A DNA stretch of 64,000 bases, from contig JACRCW010000065.1 of the NCBI GenBank assembly GCA_016218805.1, positions 94,040 through 158,039 on the forward strand, read 5' to 3'. The notes beneath the pieces are model-generated. The model saw only the letters and a program-made list of their open reading frames with translations, was not told the DNA's origin and made no database searches. The DNA is from Deltaproteobacteria bacterium. GTDB lineage: Bacteria > Myxococcota > JACRCW01. A program made the position numbers and the translations under genes. Numbering within the stretch: the first letter of the stretch is position 1; every line of letters begins with the position of its first letter. Below, piece by piece: positions 19,510-30,513 of the stretch.

Positions 19510-19878
19510 TCAGAGCGTCCGCTTGAGCATGATGGCAATGCGGTCCCGGTTGGTCTCTCCCACCCAGCGCCCGATCTCCTGGCCCTGTTTGAACGCGATG
19601 ATGGTGCTCTGCGACGACGCCTTGAAGCGCTTGGCCACGTCCGCCTGGTCATCAAAGTCCACCTTCAGGACCACCACGCCGGCGAACTCCTTCTGCTTGA
19701 GCAGCTCCGTCAGCGCCGCCTCCTGCGCCTTGCACACCGGGCACCACGTGGCCGCCACAAAGACCACCGTGGGTTTCTTCTGCAAGGATGCCTCGGCGTA
19801 GGCCGTGTCCTGAAAGTTCCGCAGGCCTCCGGGGGCCGCCATCCCCAGTGCCAGGGCAAGCCACAATGCGCGGGTCAT
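19510..19878 (-). CDS. Exported thioredoxin family protein
   Basis: Signal peptide; ATWCPVC (CxxC); VDFD; QSTIIAFKQG. Confidence 0.85.
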   Translation of the reverse strand: MTRALWLALALGMAAPGGLRNFQDTAYAEASLQKKPTVVFVAATWCPVCKAQEAALTELLKQKEFAGVVVLKVDFDDQADVAKRFKASSQSTIIAFKQGQEIGRWVGETNRDRIAIMLKRTL

Positions 19879-19939
19879 CACGCCACCTCCAGCCCGGGGA
19901 CATACGGAATGCGCCGCGCCGCGCAAGGACGGGAGGGTG

Positions 19940-21850
19940 CTACCCGCCAATCTCCAGCATGCAGTCTCCCGCGCAGCCGTCTCCGTCCACGCGGTTGCCG
20001 TCGTCACACTGCTCCGGCGGCTCCTGCAGGTGCCCATCCCCGCACCGCCCACCAAACCGGCAGTCCTGTCCGCAGGCGCCGTAGCCGCCGTTGTTGACGC
20101 CGTCATCGCATTCCTCGCCGAACAGGCTGTCCACCGTCCCGTCCCCGCACGTGGACCCATTGAGGCAGCCCGGCGCGCAACCGCCGTACGGAGACAGGTT
20201 GGTCCCGTCGTCGCACTCCTCCTGCGGTGACTGGACCGTGCCATCACCGCAGCGCGGGCCCTTGCGGCAGTCGGACGTGCAGCCGCCGTAGCTGCCGTCG
20301 TTCACGCCGTCGTCACACGCCTCGTCCGGGGTGCGGATGTGGTCCCCGCAGATGCTGGCGCAGCGGGACAGGCCGTTGAGGAAGTTGCCCAGCGTGAGGC
20401 GGTAGTTGGACTCAGAGGTGTGCCGCTCCGCCTGGAACACCGCGATTTCATAGACGCGGCCCACCTGGAGGTTGAAGCTGCCGGCCGCCGTGCCGTCCAG
20501 TGTGATGCTGCCGCTGGTGGCGCCGTGCACACCGCCCAGGTCCACCGCCAGGCGGTGGTTCACAAACACCCAGACGTCATCATCACCGGTGAATTCAAGT
20601 GTTTCATTTCCACGGTATTCAAACCAGTAATGGACCTCGCTGGTGAAGTGGAAGTTGTGGCTGTTGCCTTCGTTGCCAAATCCGCTGCCGTCCAGCGGGA
20701 AGAACGAGGAATTGGAGAATTGGTAGTCGCCTGAGCCCAGCCGGCCCAGCGTGATGGTCTGCACAAACGTCTGGTTCACGCCCGGCACGTCCCGGTACCA
20801 CTGGTCAAACGCGGACTGCCCGGTCGTCGTCGCCGTGGTGGAGCCGGGATGGGCGTACACCGGTTTGCCGTCGCTCCCCAGCAGGTCCGCTACTATCCCG
20901 GTCTCCTGGCCGTTGAAGTCCTCAAAATCCGGGTGGGAGACGGGAAAGTCACGCAGGACAATGGGCAGCACCAGCGTGTCCGGCACGCTGGTGTCCGCGG
21001 TGCATGAGAACCCCGGCTCCACCGTGCACGTCGGTGAACAACCGTCACCCGCGTTGTTGTTGCCGTCCTCGCATTCCTCGGCCGGGTTGTTGGGCAGGCG
21101 GATCCCATCCCCGCACGAAGTGGAGCACGGGGAGGCGGGGCTGGCGCTGCAATCCGGTTCGCGCGTGCACGCGCCGGGCACACAGCCGTCCGCGTAGTCG
21201 TGATTGTCGTCGTCGCACTGCTCGGTGCCCTGGCGCACGCCGTCACCGCACACCGTGGGTTGGCAGGGCTGTCCGGGCGTGGGGCACTGGTACCCGGACT
21301 CCAACTGGCAGCCGTTGGTGCAGCCATCGCCACCGCCCGGCGTGCCGTCGTCGCACTGCTCGCCGCCGGCCAGGAATCCGTCGCCGCAACGGGCGGCTTC
21401 GCAGGCCGCGCCCTCGGCCGGGCAGGCCCAGCCCTGCTCCACCTGGCAGGTGGCACCGCACCCGTCACCGCCGCGGATGTTGCCATCGTCACAAGTCTCC
21501 GTGCCGGTGATGTCCGAGTTGCCGCACACCACCGTGGACACGCAGTCCTGCCCGGGGAGGGGGCAGGCCCAGCCGTTCTCCAGCGTGCACGTCCCGGAAC
21601 ACCCATCCAGGGAGGCGAGGTCGCCGTCGTCGCAGCCTTCGCCGGGGTCCAGGCGGCCGTTGCCGCACGCGGCGGCGGTGCCCCCGTCTCCGCCGGTGCT
21701 GGAGGAAGATGACGACGACGACGATGATGACCCGCCGCCGCCGCCGCTGCTGCTGCCGGAGGACGCGCCGCCGCCGTCGGTCTCACCCGTCGCAGTGGGG
21801 TTGCAGGCCAGCACGGCGACGAGGGCGAGGAGCGTGGAGGCGTGACGCAT
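19940..21850 (-). CDS. Fibro-slime domain lipoprotein with Myxococcus Cys-rich (DUF4215-like) repeats
   Basis: Lipobox VLAC; repeated CGDG...E.CDDGN...GDGC; fibro-slime motifs [46 protein letters not shown]. Confidence 0.9.
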   Translation of the reverse strand: MRHASTLLALVAVLACNPTATGETDGGGASSGSSSGGGGGSSSSSSSSSSSTGGDGGTAAACGNGRLDPGEGCDDGDLASLDGCSGTCTLENGWACPLPGQDCVSTVVCGNSDITGTETCDDGNIRGGDGCGATCQVEQGWACPAEGAACEAARCGDGFLAGGEQCDDGTPGGGDGCTNGCQLESGYQCPTPGQPCQPTVCGDGVRQGTEQCDDDNHDYADGCVPGACTREPDCSASPASPCSTSCGDGIRLPNNPAEECEDGNNNAGDGCSPTCTVEPGFSCTADTSVPDTLVLPIVLRDFPVSHPDFEDFNGQETGIVADLLGSDGKPVYAHPGSTTATTTGQSAFDQWYRDVPGVNQTFVQTITLGRLGSGDYQFSNSSFFPLDGSGFGNEGNSHNFHFTSEVHYWFEYRGNETLEFTGDDDVWVFVNHRLAVDLGGVHGATSGSITLDGTAAGSFNLQVGRVYEIAVFQAERHTSESNYRLTLGNFLNGLSRCASICGDHIRTPDEACDDGVNDGSYGGCTSDCRKGPRCGDGTVQSPQEECDDGTNLSPYGGCAPGCLNGSTCGDGTVDSLFGEECDDGVNNGGYGACGQDCRFGGRCGDGHLQEPPEQCDDGNRVDGDGCAGDCMLEIGG

Positions 21851-22002
21851 GGGGCCGGGACCGTAGGAAGGCGCACACGGGGGGTCAAGGCCGAGGCCAC
21901 GACGACGACGGCCGGCCCGGATTGACGCGCGGGTGCGGCGGGAGGGTTCGCGTCCGCACCGCACAGGCGTATAAGGCGCCCCTTTCCCGGGAGAACCAAG
22001 CC

Positions 22003-23424
22003 ATGGCGACGTCAAAGGTGCGCGTTGAAGAGGACCTGCTGGGGCGCAAGGAGGTGCCCGCGGAGGCGTACTGGGGCATCCACACGCTGCGCGCGGTGGA
22101 GAACTTCCGCATCTCCGGGCGGGCCGTGAGCGAGGACCGCCTGTTTGTCCGCGGGCTGGCGCAGGTGAAGAAGGCGTGCGCCCTGGCCAACAAGGAACTG
22201 GGCAGCCTGCCCGCCGACAAGGCGGACATGATCACCCGCGCGTGCGACGCGATCCTGCGCGAGGACCGCTGCCTGGACCAGTTCCCGTCCGACCAGTTCC
22301 AGGGCGGCGCCGGTACCAGCGTCAACATGAATGCCAACGAGGTCATTGCCAACCTGGCGCTGGAACTCCACGGCCACGAGAAGGGCCGCTACGACGTGCT
22401 GCATCCCAACGACCACGTCAACAAATGCCAGTCCACCAACGACGCGTACCCCACGGCGTTCCGCGTGGCGTTGTGGGAACACCTGGACGTGCTCAAAGAG
22501 CGCATTGACCACATGCGCGGCGGGTTTGAGCGCAAGGCCGGCGAGTTCCACGGCGTGCTCAAGATGGGGCGGACGCAGTTGCAGGACGCGGTGCCCATGA
22601 GCCTGGGACAGGAGTTTGGCGCCTTTGCGACGCTGATGAAGGAAGAAGTGCGCATCATGGACCTGGTGCAGAAGCTGATCCTGGAAGTGAACCTGGGCGC
22701 CACCGCCATTGGCACCGGGGTCAACGCCCCGGAGGGCTACTCCGAGGTTGCCGTGCGCCACCTGCGCGAGATCACCGGCCACCCGTACGTGGTGTCACCC
22801 GACCTGGTGGAGGCCACCAGCGATTGCGGCGCGTACGTGATGATCAGCGGCGCGGCCAAGCGCCTGGCAGTCAAGCTGTCCAAGATCTGCAACGACCTGC
22901 GGCTGCTGTCTTCCGGGCCGCGCGCCGGGCTCAAGGAGATCAACCTCCCGGAGATGCAGGCCGGCAGCTCCATCATGCCTGCCAAGGTGAACCCGGTGAT
23001 TCCGGAGGTGGTCAACCAGGTGTGCTTCAAGGTGATGGGCAACGACGTCACCATCACCATGGCCGCCGAGGCCGGTCAGCTGCAGCTCAATGTGATGGAG
23101 CCCGTCATTGCGCAGGCGCTGGTGGAGAGCATCACCCTGCTGGGCAACGCGCTCACCACGCTTCGGGACAAGTGCGTGGACGGGATCACTGCCAACGCGG
23201 ACCGCTGCCGGGATTCCGTGTTCAACAGCATTGGCATCGTCACCATGCTGGATCCCATCATTGGGCATCAGGAAGGGGACCGGATTGGGAAGATCTGCGC
23301 GGAGACCGGGCGCAGCGTGGCAGAGGTGGCCCTGGAACGCGGCGTGGTCACCCGGCAACAATTGGATGAGATCTTTACCGTGGAGAACATGCTGAAACCG
23401 CGGTTTGTGTGGAAGCGCGGATGA
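22003..23424 (+). CDS. aspA: Aspartate ammonia-lyase
   Basis: [68 protein letters not shown]. Confidence 0.95.
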   Translation: MATSKVRVEEDLLGRKEVPAEAYWGIHTLRAVENFRISGRAVSEDRLFVRGLAQVKKACALANKELGSLPADKADMITRACDAILREDRCLDQFPSDQFQGGAGTSVNMNANEVIANLALELHGHEKGRYDVLHPNDHVNKCQSTNDAYPTAFRVALWEHLDVLKERIDHMRGGFERKAGEFHGVLKMGRTQLQDAVPMSLGQEFGAFATLMKEEVRIMDLVQKLILEVNLGATAIGTGVNAPEGYSEVAVRHLREITGHPYVVSPDLVEATSDCGAYVMISGAAKRLAVKLSKICNDLRLLSSGPRAGLKEINLPEMQAGSSIMPAKVNPVIPEVVNQVCFKVMGNDVTITMAAEAGQLQLNVMEPVIAQALVESITLLGNALTTLRDKCVDGITANADRCRDSVFNSIGIVTMLDPIIGHQEGDRIGKICAETGRSVAEVALERGVVTRQQLDEIFTVENMLKPRFVWKRG

Positions 23425-23445
23425 AGTGGGGTGGGCCGGCGGTGG

Positions 23446-23784
23446 TCAGCGGCGCGCGGTGCGCCGCTTGGGTAGCTTGGCCGCCACCAGCGCGTGCGAC
23501 CCGGCAATCAGCCCGCACAACTCCTTCCAGGTGACCTCGGCGAACGGCTCCACGTGAACCCAGTGGTGGCGCGCCAGGTACGGCGCCGGTGTGACCCCGT
23601 GACGCCGCACCAGCCCGGCAAACACCGGCTCCGGCACCTTCAGCGACACCGCACCACCCTGCAGCGAGGTGACTGCGTACATCTTCCCGCCCACGCAGAA
23701 GCACAGGTCCGCACCCCACTTCACATCCTCGGTGGTACCGGCCAGCGTAGTGCAGAACGCGCGAAGTTTGTCGACAGCGACCAT
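23446..23784 (-). CDS. MmcQ/YjbR family protein
   Basis: TEDVKWG..LCFCVGGKMYA, PAPYLARHHWV. Confidence 0.85.
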   Translation of the reverse strand: MVAVDKLRAFCTTLAGTTEDVKWGADLCFCVGGKMYAVTSLQGGAVSLKVPEPVFAGLVRRHGVTPAPYLARHHWVHVEPFAEVTWKELCGLIAGSHALVAAKLPKRRTARR

Positions 23785-23859
23785 CCGGACTCCCAGGGCT
23801 GAGGGCCCTGGGAAGATAGCCCCATTTCCTATCGCCGCGCTTTCCGCTAGCACCGCCGC

Positions 23860-25923
23860 ATGCGACCCGTGGTTCTTGTGTACCCGCCGGCGTGCGACCC
23901 GACGGCGCCGTACCTCAGCGTGCCCACCCTGGCGGCCTACCTGCGCCGCCACGACGTCCCCGTGGTGCCCGTGGATGCCAACGTGGAGGCGTTTGACTGG
24001 CTGCTGACGCCGGCACGCATGCGCGCGTGTGCGGACCGGCTGGAGGAGCGCCTGGCCGCCCTGGAACGGAAGCCGCGCCTGCGGCACGCGGAACAGCTCC
24101 TGCTGGGTGCGCTGTGGTCCGCGCGCGGTGACGCGGTGGCCGTACCCGGCGCCATTGCCGCCGCCGTTGCGGTGCTGCGCGACCCCGCGCGGTTCTACGA
24201 CGTGGAGGCGTACGGCGGCGCGGTGGCCACGGTGGAAGCGGCCGTGCGGCTGGCCAGTGCGGCCTGCGCTCCGCTGCAGATGACCTTCACCGCGTACCGC
24301 ACACCGTTCTCACTGCTGAACGCGGAGGAGATCGCGCGGGATGCGGCACCGGAGCGCAACCCGTTTCATGGGTACTTTGCGGGCCCGCTGGTTGAGAAGA
24401 TCCGCGCCGCTGACCCGGTGCTGGTGGGCATCTCCATTGCGTTTCCGGGACAGGTGCAGCCCGCGTATGCGCTGGCCCACGTGCTGCGGCAGGCGCTGCC
24501 GGGTGTGCGCCTTGTTGCCGGGGGGCCCGCGCTGACGCAGCTGTTCCAAGGCCTGCCCGCCGGGAACGCGCAGGCGGCGGCCGCGCTGTTTGATCACGTG
24601 GTCACCTATGAAGGCGAAAAGGCGCTGCTGGGCCTGGTGCATGCGCTGGAACAGGGGGACACCCCGCCACGCTTCATTCCGGGCGAACAGGTGACCGACC
24701 TGGGCGCGCTGCCCCCCCCGGATTTTTCCGGACTGCCGCTGGAGAAGTACCTGGCACCCGAGGTGGTCCTCCCCTACGATCCCACGCGCGGCTGCTACTG
24801 GGGCAAGTGCACCTTCTGCCACTACGGCCTGGCGGAAACGGGGACGGCCGCCTACCGCGAACGCCCGGTTGACGACGTGGTGAACCACCTGGAGGACCTG
24901 CAGCGGCGGCACGGCACGCGCGTGTTCTACTTCAGCCAGGACGCGGTGAATCCCAAGACCATGCTGCGCATGGTGCAGGGGCTGCGCGCGCGCGGCGTCA
25001 CGCTGCGGTGGTCCACGGACATGCGGCCGGAGCGGTCCCTCACACCGGAGCGCTGCCGCGAGTTGCGTGACGGTGGCGCGCTGTCCATGGCGCTGGGCGT
25101 GGAGAGTGCTGCGCCGCGCGTGCTGGGCCTCATTGACAAGGGCGTGCCGGTGGAGACCGTGCGTGACGCCATGCGGGCGCTGTCCGGCGCGGACATTGGC
25201 GTGGAGGCCATGTGCTTCACCGATTTCCCGACGGAGAACTACCGCGAGGCGATGGCCACGGTGCGGTTTGTGGAGGAACTGGCGGAGCACGTGGCGCTGT
25301 TCATCTGCGGCGAGTTTGAGCTCACCAAGGGGTCATTGGTGGCGCGGGATCCCGCCAGGTTTGGTGTGGCGGAGACGTGGAAGGTGGCCGGGGATGAGCT
25401 GGGCCTGGGCCTGTTCTGGCGCGAGCAGCGCGATCCCAAGTCCGCCGACGAGCGCGCCCGCGTGGACGACGCGCTGTCCGGGTTGAGCCGGCGCTGGCGC
25501 CTGGAGCACTACCCGTGGGCGGGTGCGCTCAGCACCGCGCACACGCTGCTGTACTACGAGCGCTTCGGTCCCGACTGTTTCCGGCGGTTCTCGTCAACGG
25601 GGAAGGGGCGGGTTCCGGGTGCACAGCCGCGGACCTTCCCCTCCCGGTACGACGTGGTGGGCCTGCTGGCCACGGCCGCGGAGCATGAGGCGGCCGCCTG
25701 GGAGGAACTGATCCAGCAGCAGCGCGCCGTGTCGCGGGCGGCGTACCGCACGCGGGTGGACGGGTGGCCCGCAGCGGAGCCCCGTCCGGGCCGCTACCGC
25801 GTGGCGGCCGGGGAGCCGGTGCGCGAGGCTGGTGGCCGCAGCGCGCGCGGCCGGAACCGGGCGGGGCGGCGCGCCTCCCACGCGCACCACGCGGCCAGGG
25901 ATCCGGTGCGCGGCTGGAGTTGA
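23860..25923 (+). CDS. B12-binding-domain radical SAM protein
   Basis: N-terminal PYLSVPTLAAYL / LVGISI / VAGGP cobalamin-binding-like region; RGCYWGKCTFC (CxxxCxxC). Confidence 0.88.
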   Translation: MRPVVLVYPPACDPTAPYLSVPTLAAYLRRHDVPVVPVDANVEAFDWLLTPARMRACADRLEERLAALERKPRLRHAEQLLLGALWSARGDAVAVPGAIAAAVAVLRDPARFYDVEAYGGAVATVEAAVRLASAACAPLQMTFTAYRTPFSLLNAEEIARDAAPERNPFHGYFAGPLVEKIRAADPVLVGISIAFPGQVQPAYALAHVLRQALPGVRLVAGGPALTQLFQGLPAGNAQAAAALFDHVVTYEGEKALLGLVHALEQGDTPPRFIPGEQVTDLGALPPPDFSGLPLEKYLAPEVVLPYDPTRGCYWGKCTFCHYGLAETGTAAYRERPVDDVVNHLEDLQRRHGTRVFYFSQDAVNPKTMLRMVQGLRARGVTLRWSTDMRPERSLTPERCRELRDGGALSMALGVESAAPRVLGLIDKGVPVETVRDAMRALSGADIGVEAMCFTDFPTENYREAMATVRFVEELAEHVALFICGEFELTKGSLVARDPARFGVAETWKVAGDELGLGLFWREQRDPKSADERARVDDALSGLSRRWRLEHYPWAGALSTAHTLLYYERFGPDCFRRFSSTGKGRVPGAQPRTFPSRYDVVGLLATAAEHEAAAWEELIQQQRAVSRAAYRTRVDGWPAAEPRPGRYRVAAGEPVREAGGRSARGRNRAGRRASHAHHAARDPVRGWS

Positions 25924-25956
25924 CGCCGGGGCGCATCAACCGCATACCTCGGCATC

Positions 25957-26562
25957 ATGACGTACTACCCGCCCATGGTCATTGAGCAGACCGCGCGTGG
26001 CGAACGCGCGTACGACATCTGGTCGCGCCTGCTGAAGGACCGCATCGTCTACCTGGGCCAGGAGGTTGACGACGACCTGGCCAACGTGATCGTCGCGCAG
26101 TTGCTGTTCCTGGAGAGCGAGGACCCGGACCGCGACATCCTGCTGTACATCAACAGCCCGGGTGGCTCGATCACGGCGGGGTTGGCCATCTACGACACCA
26201 TGCAGTACGTGCGGCCGCCCGTGTCCACCATCTGCGTGGGTATGGCAGCGTCCATGGGCGCGCTGCTGCTGACGGCGGGGGCCAAGGGGAAGCGCTTTGC
26301 CACGCCCTCCTCCGAGATCATGATCCACCAGCCGCTGGGCGGTGGGACTGGGCAGGCCACCGACGTGGACATCCAGGCGCGGGAGATCCTCCGCCTGCGC
26401 GACATGATTGACGCCATCCTCTGCCACCACACCGGCCGGAGCGCCGAGCAGATCCGCAAGGACACCGACCGGGACCACTACCTCACCGCGGCGGAAGCCA
26501 AGCAATACGGACTGATTGACGACGTGCTGGCTCCCCGCGTGAAGGCGGCGCCGGGCAAATGA
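25957..26562 (+). CDS. clpP: ATP-dependent Clp protease proteolytic subunit
   Basis: [30 protein letters not shown] (Ser), MIHQP (His), DTDRD (Asp). Confidence 0.96.
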   Translation: MTYYPPMVIEQTARGERAYDIWSRLLKDRIVYLGQEVDDDLANVIVAQLLFLESEDPDRDILLYINSPGGSITAGLAIYDTMQYVRPPVSTICVGMAASMGALLLTAGAKGKRFATPSSEIMIHQPLGGGTGQATDVDIQAREILRLRDMIDAILCHHTGRSAEQIRKDTDRDHYLTAAEAKQYGLIDDVLAPRVKAAPGK

Positions 26563-26565
26563 GTC

Positions 26566-28995
26566 TCACGGCGGGGGCGGCGGCAGGATGGGCAGATCCC
26601 CGCACTGCAGCGTGGCGACGACGAGCGCGGTGAGCGGGAAGCTGTCCCGGTACAGGCCGGCCTCCGCCAGCGCGGCCATGGCCGCGGCGGACGCGTCGGT
26701 TCCCAGCTGCGGGGCGTCCTCCGGGAAGATGCGGCTGTCCAGGTTGGGGCCGAACCCGCCAGCCGTCTCAAACCCCGGTCCCGCCAGCACCCACCGGCCT
26801 GCCACGTCCACGCCGGCCATGACCGGGATGTCCTGGAAAGACGCCACGCGGATGGCGCGCAACAGCGAGAGGGACTCCGCGCGGTGCAGCAGCGGCACCG
26901 GCTCACCGGCCACCGGGTCCAGCGTGACATCGTCGTAGGGCGCGCACACCTCGCCGGGGAAGCCCAGCCGCTGCCAGCGCACGGCGTTGCCGGTGGGCAG
27001 CAGCGTGTGCTGGTGGACCAGGGACGCGGACCGCACCGAAGGAGGGCCGTCGTCGTTGGGGGACAGGCACGCGCGCCAGGCGTCGCGGAGGGGTTCGCCC
27101 TCCGGGAAGCAGGTGCCCTCCGGGGGCGTGAAGCCGGAGGCCTGCTGCGTCCAGGTGGCGCACACGTCACCGGTGAACAGGTCCACGCCCAGGTCCAGCA
27201 CGTTGCCCTGCACGCCGGGCCAACCCATGGGGACGGTCCAGGTGGCTTCGGAGAGCGAGACCATGGGGGCCACCGAGGCGGGCGCCTGCGTCTCACGCAC
27301 AAAGGCGCGCAGCGTAAGACCGTCAAACGTGGCGTCACAGTCCGCGTTGGGCGGGCAGCCACCGTCACCGTCCGCCACCAGCGCCACCGTGCGGATGCCG
27401 TCCGTGGCCGTGCCCAGCAGCGGCAGGCCCTCCGCGGACTTGAGCCAACCGCTGACGGCATTGACCGCGTACACGTAGTCACTCCCCACCCATGCGTGCC
27501 CGGTCACGTGCAGCCCGTCCACCCCGCCCTGCACCAGCAGCAGTGCCGTCCCGGCGGGCATGCACACGCGCTCCTGGTCGGTCTGTTCGGCGCCCACCAG
27601 CATGCAGCCGCTGCAGCCATCCGCAAACCGCAGCAGCACCGCGCCGGAGAGCGCGTCCCCGTGGGCGGTGAACGCCGCGTTCCACACGGAGAACCCGGGC
27701 ATGGGCTGCGCGGAGCCCACCACCTGGGCGGACAGCGCCGCGTACGCGTCGGTGGGGTCCAACACGTGGTGCGCCAGCACATCACCCGCGGGGCCCACCC
27801 AGGTCAGCGCCAGGTCCGTGCGCGGTGACTGCACCACGCCGGACTGGCCGCACACCGGCGCTTCCGTGCAGTGTGCCGGCGCCATGTGGCAGCCCTCCCA
27901 CGGCGAGTCCGTCCCGCGCCACACCACCAGCGACGACAGCCCCGTGGTCACCTGCGTCATCAGCGGCCGCACACCGTCCACCCGCACGGGGTACAGGCCC
28001 CGCACCGGCCCTTCCCACGCCTGTGACGTGAACGCGTTCTCCGCGTCATCCATCATGACGTCATGCACCATCACCGGCGGCCCCAGCGTGAGTGACCCTC
28101 CCGGTCCGGGCAGGCACGCACCCGCGTGGCAGGTGTCCCCGGAGGTGCACGGGTTGCCGTCATCACACGGGAAGCCTTCCGGCGTGGGGAGCGGCGTGCA
28201 GTTCCCTGCCACGCACATGGACACAAGGTCACACGCGGGGGCGCCGCACAGCGTGCCATTGGGGGACACGGGGTGACGGCAACCGCGCGGGTCTGCGCCC
28301 ACGCCGGGGTCGCACGCATCGTCGGTGCAGGGGTCGTCGTCAGCGCAGCGCGCCGCGGTGGGCAGGTGCACGCAGCCGCGCGCCGCGTCACAGGTGTCCA
28401 GCGTGCAGGTGATGCCGTCCTCACAGATCACCGGCCGGCCCACGCACCGTCCCGCCACGCAGCTGTCCGCGTCCGTGCAGGCGTTGCCGTCATCACAGGC
28501 CGCTGCCGCCGGGAAGTGCACGCAGCCCCCGCCCACGGACGGGTCCGCCTGGTCAAACGTGCAAGGGTTCCCGTCGTCACAGCTGGGCGGCGGCCGCACG
28601 CGCCCGCGCACCGGGATGCGCAGCGTGCGTGACCCATCCGGCCCCGCCTGCCCGTCGTGCCGCACCACCAGCGTGGCCGCCACGTCACCCGCGTCCAGCG
28701 CAATGAGCCGCAGGTCTACCGACGCGGTTTCGCCCGGGGACACGGTGATGCGCGGGGTCAGCAACACCACGGACAGCCCGCCGCCCTCCACGCGCGCCCA
28801 CGCGGTGGTTGCGCCCGTGCCGTCGTTCATGAACACCGCGGAAGCGTCCACCGGGTGGCCGGCTTCGGTCTCCGGGAACGCCACCTCGGACTGCTCCGCG
28901 TACAGGCGCGCCGTGAATGACTTGAGGTCTTCGTCGCCCGATTGGGCGCATCCGACTGCTACCGCCACCGCCACCAGCCAGGAGAGACGCGACAT
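26566..28995 (-). CDS. Lipoprotein with Ig-like domain, CDDGNPCT Cys-rich repeats and an uncharacterised C-terminal region
   Basis: Lipobox AVGC; five to six C(D/E)DG(N/I)xCT repeats. Confidence 0.8.
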   Translation of the reverse strand: MSRLSWLVAVAVAVGCAQSGDEDLKSFTARLYAEQSEVAFPETEAGHPVDASAVFMNDGTGATTAWARVEGGGLSVVLLTPRITVSPGETASVDLRLIALDAGDVAATLVVRHDGQAGPDGSRTLRIPVRGRVRPPPSCDDGNPCTFDQADPSVGGGCVHFPAAAACDDGNACTDADSCVAGRCVGRPVICEDGITCTLDTCDAARGCVHLPTAARCADDDPCTDDACDPGVGADPRGCRHPVSPNGTLCGAPACDLVSMCVAGNCTPLPTPEGFPCDDGNPCTSGDTCHAGACLPGPGGSLTLGPPVMVHDVMMDDAENAFTSQAWEGPVRGLYPVRVDGVRPLMTQVTTGLSSLVVWRGTDSPWEGCHMAPAHCTEAPVCGQSGVVQSPRTDLALTWVGPAGDVLAHHVLDPTDAYAALSAQVVGSAQPMPGFSVWNAAFTAHGDALSGAVLLRFADGCSGCMLVGAEQTDQERVCMPAGTALLLVQGGVDGLHVTGHAWVGSDYVYAVNAVSGWLKSAEGLPLLGTATDGIRTVALVADGDGGCPPNADCDATFDGLTLRAFVRETQAPASVAPMVSLSEATWTVPMGWPGVQGNVLDLGVDLFTGDVCATWTQQASGFTPPEGTCFPEGEPLRDAWRACLSPNDDGPPSVRSASLVHQHTLLPTGNAVRWQRLGFPGEVCAPYDDVTLDPVAGEPVPLLHRAESLSLLRAIRVASFQDIPVMAGVDVAGRWVLAGPGFETAGGFGPNLDSRIFPEDAPQLGTDASAAAMAALAEAGLYRDSFPLTALVVATLQCGDLPILPPPPP

Positions 28996-29088
28996 GGGGC
29001 CCCCGTGCAGCAAGCGGCCTGCCATGCGGCATCCGCTGCGATCCCAGCCGGTTGCGCCGCGGGCGGACCCTCGGAAAACTGAGGGGGC

Positions 29089-29685
29089 ATGGGGACGCAG
29101 AGGTTGTTTGTGGCGGTGGATCCGGGGGACGCCGTGCGCGCTGCGGTGGAAGCCCTGCTGGTGCGCCTGCGGCACCGCGTGCCACGGCGGGCGGTCCGGT
29201 GGGTGGACCCCGCGCTCATGCACGTCACGCTGAAGTTCCTGGGTGACACGCCGGACGAGCGGTTGCCCGCCGTGCGGGACGCGCTCACGCGCGCGCTGGA
29301 CGGGGTCACCATGCTGGAGGCGCGCGTCACGGGCACCGGCTGCTTCCCACCGCGGGGTGCACCGCGGGTGGCGTGGGTGGCCGTGCGTGAGGACGCGGCC
29401 GAGAGCGCTGTTGGCGCGCTGGCCGCCCGCGTGGATGCCGCGATGACGGCGCTGGGTTACCCGCCGGAGGACCGCGCGTTCCACCCGCACCTCACGCTGG
29501 GACGCGTGGCGCGTGACGTGCGCGGTGGTGCGGCCGCGCGCGTGCGGGCGGCGGTGGACGAGGTGGCGGACTTTGACGCCGGTCCGCTGGTGGTGCGCGA
29601 GGTGGCGCTGGTGCGCAGCGTGTTGTCTGCGTCCGGGCCGGTTTACACCGTGATCCACCGCGTGGCGCTGGCCGCGCCGCGCTGA
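29089..29685 (+). CDS. thpR: RNA 2',3'-cyclic phosphodiesterase (2H phosphoesterase)
   Basis: RLFVAV; two HxT motifs (HVTLKFLG, HPHLTLGR); GPVY. Confidence 0.92.
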   Translation: MGTQRLFVAVDPGDAVRAAVEALLVRLRHRVPRRAVRWVDPALMHVTLKFLGDTPDERLPAVRDALTRALDGVTMLEARVTGTGCFPPRGAPRVAWVAVREDAAESAVGALAARVDAAMTALGYPPEDRAFHPHLTLGRVARDVRGGAAARVRAAVDEVADFDAGPLVVREVALVRSVLSASGPVYTVIHRVALAAPR

Positions 29686-29768
29686 GCACCCACGCGGGGC
29701 TGTCTTGTGGCGCCCCGTCCGGCGGCATTACGACGCAGTGCACGCATACCCGCGTGTCGGAGAGAACC

Positions 29769-30410
29769 ATGCTCGTCATTCGCACCCTCTGTATTGCTGC
29801 GGTGTTGTCATTGGGCGCCAACTTCACCCTGGCCGCGTCGGACGAGCCCGGGCTTGAGGATGACGAGATCCAGGAGCACGTGGTTGACCCCATCACGCCC
29901 GGCTTGGACGCCTTCAAAGCCGGCGTGGTCTGGAGCCTGTTCGGCGCGGCGTTCGTCGGGGCGTGGGGATCCCTGGTGGCGGGAGTCGCGGTCGCCCTGG
30001 CTACGTTCGTCGGCGGTATCGTGGGCGGGGTGGCGTACGGGTTCGTGGGCGGCCTTTTCACGGGCGTGGCGACGCAGAACGTGACACTCATTTTCGTGGG
30101 GCCGCTGCTGGGAGCGGTGCTCGGGCTGGTGGCCGGGTTGATCTGGGGCATCGTCGCCGGCCTCATCGGTGGCGTCGTGGCGTCGGTCGTGGGCGGCATC
30201 GTCGCCGCGCTCGCCGGCTCGCTCGGCTTCGGCATCATCGGCGTGCTCATCCACGTGTCACAGCAGTGGCTTGCGCGCGTGCCCTTTGCGCTGGCGCGTG
30301 AACGCGCCAAGCCGGCGCGCCGCACCCGCGACGACCCGCCGGACCAGGCGCCGCCGCCCGCCGCGCGCCGGCCCGCGCCGGAGGTGCGCCCCCTGTTGCC
30401 GGGAGGGTGA
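29769..30410 (+). CDS. Exported or membrane Gly-rich (glycine-zipper-like) hypothetical protein
   Basis: Signal peptide, acidic linker, about 120 aa of GxxxG-periodic hydrophobic sequence. Confidence 0.65.
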   Translation: MLVIRTLCIAAVLSLGANFTLAASDEPGLEDDEIQEHVVDPITPGLDAFKAGVVWSLFGAAFVGAWGSLVAGVAVALATFVGGIVGGVAYGFVGGLFTGVATQNVTLIFVGPLLGAVLGLVAGLIWGIVAGLIGGVVASVVGGIVAALAGSLGFGIIGVLIHVSQQWLARVPFALARERAKPARRTRDDPPDQAPPPAARRPAPEVRPLLPGG

Positions 30411-30513
30411 TTCCCGCAGTCTGGGCTGAACCGCCGTGGGCGCGGGCGCGGGAGTCTGCGGCACTTATGGTTCCGTCGCCGGTGTGCCGATATCTCCATC
30501 CGGAGGCGAGCGG

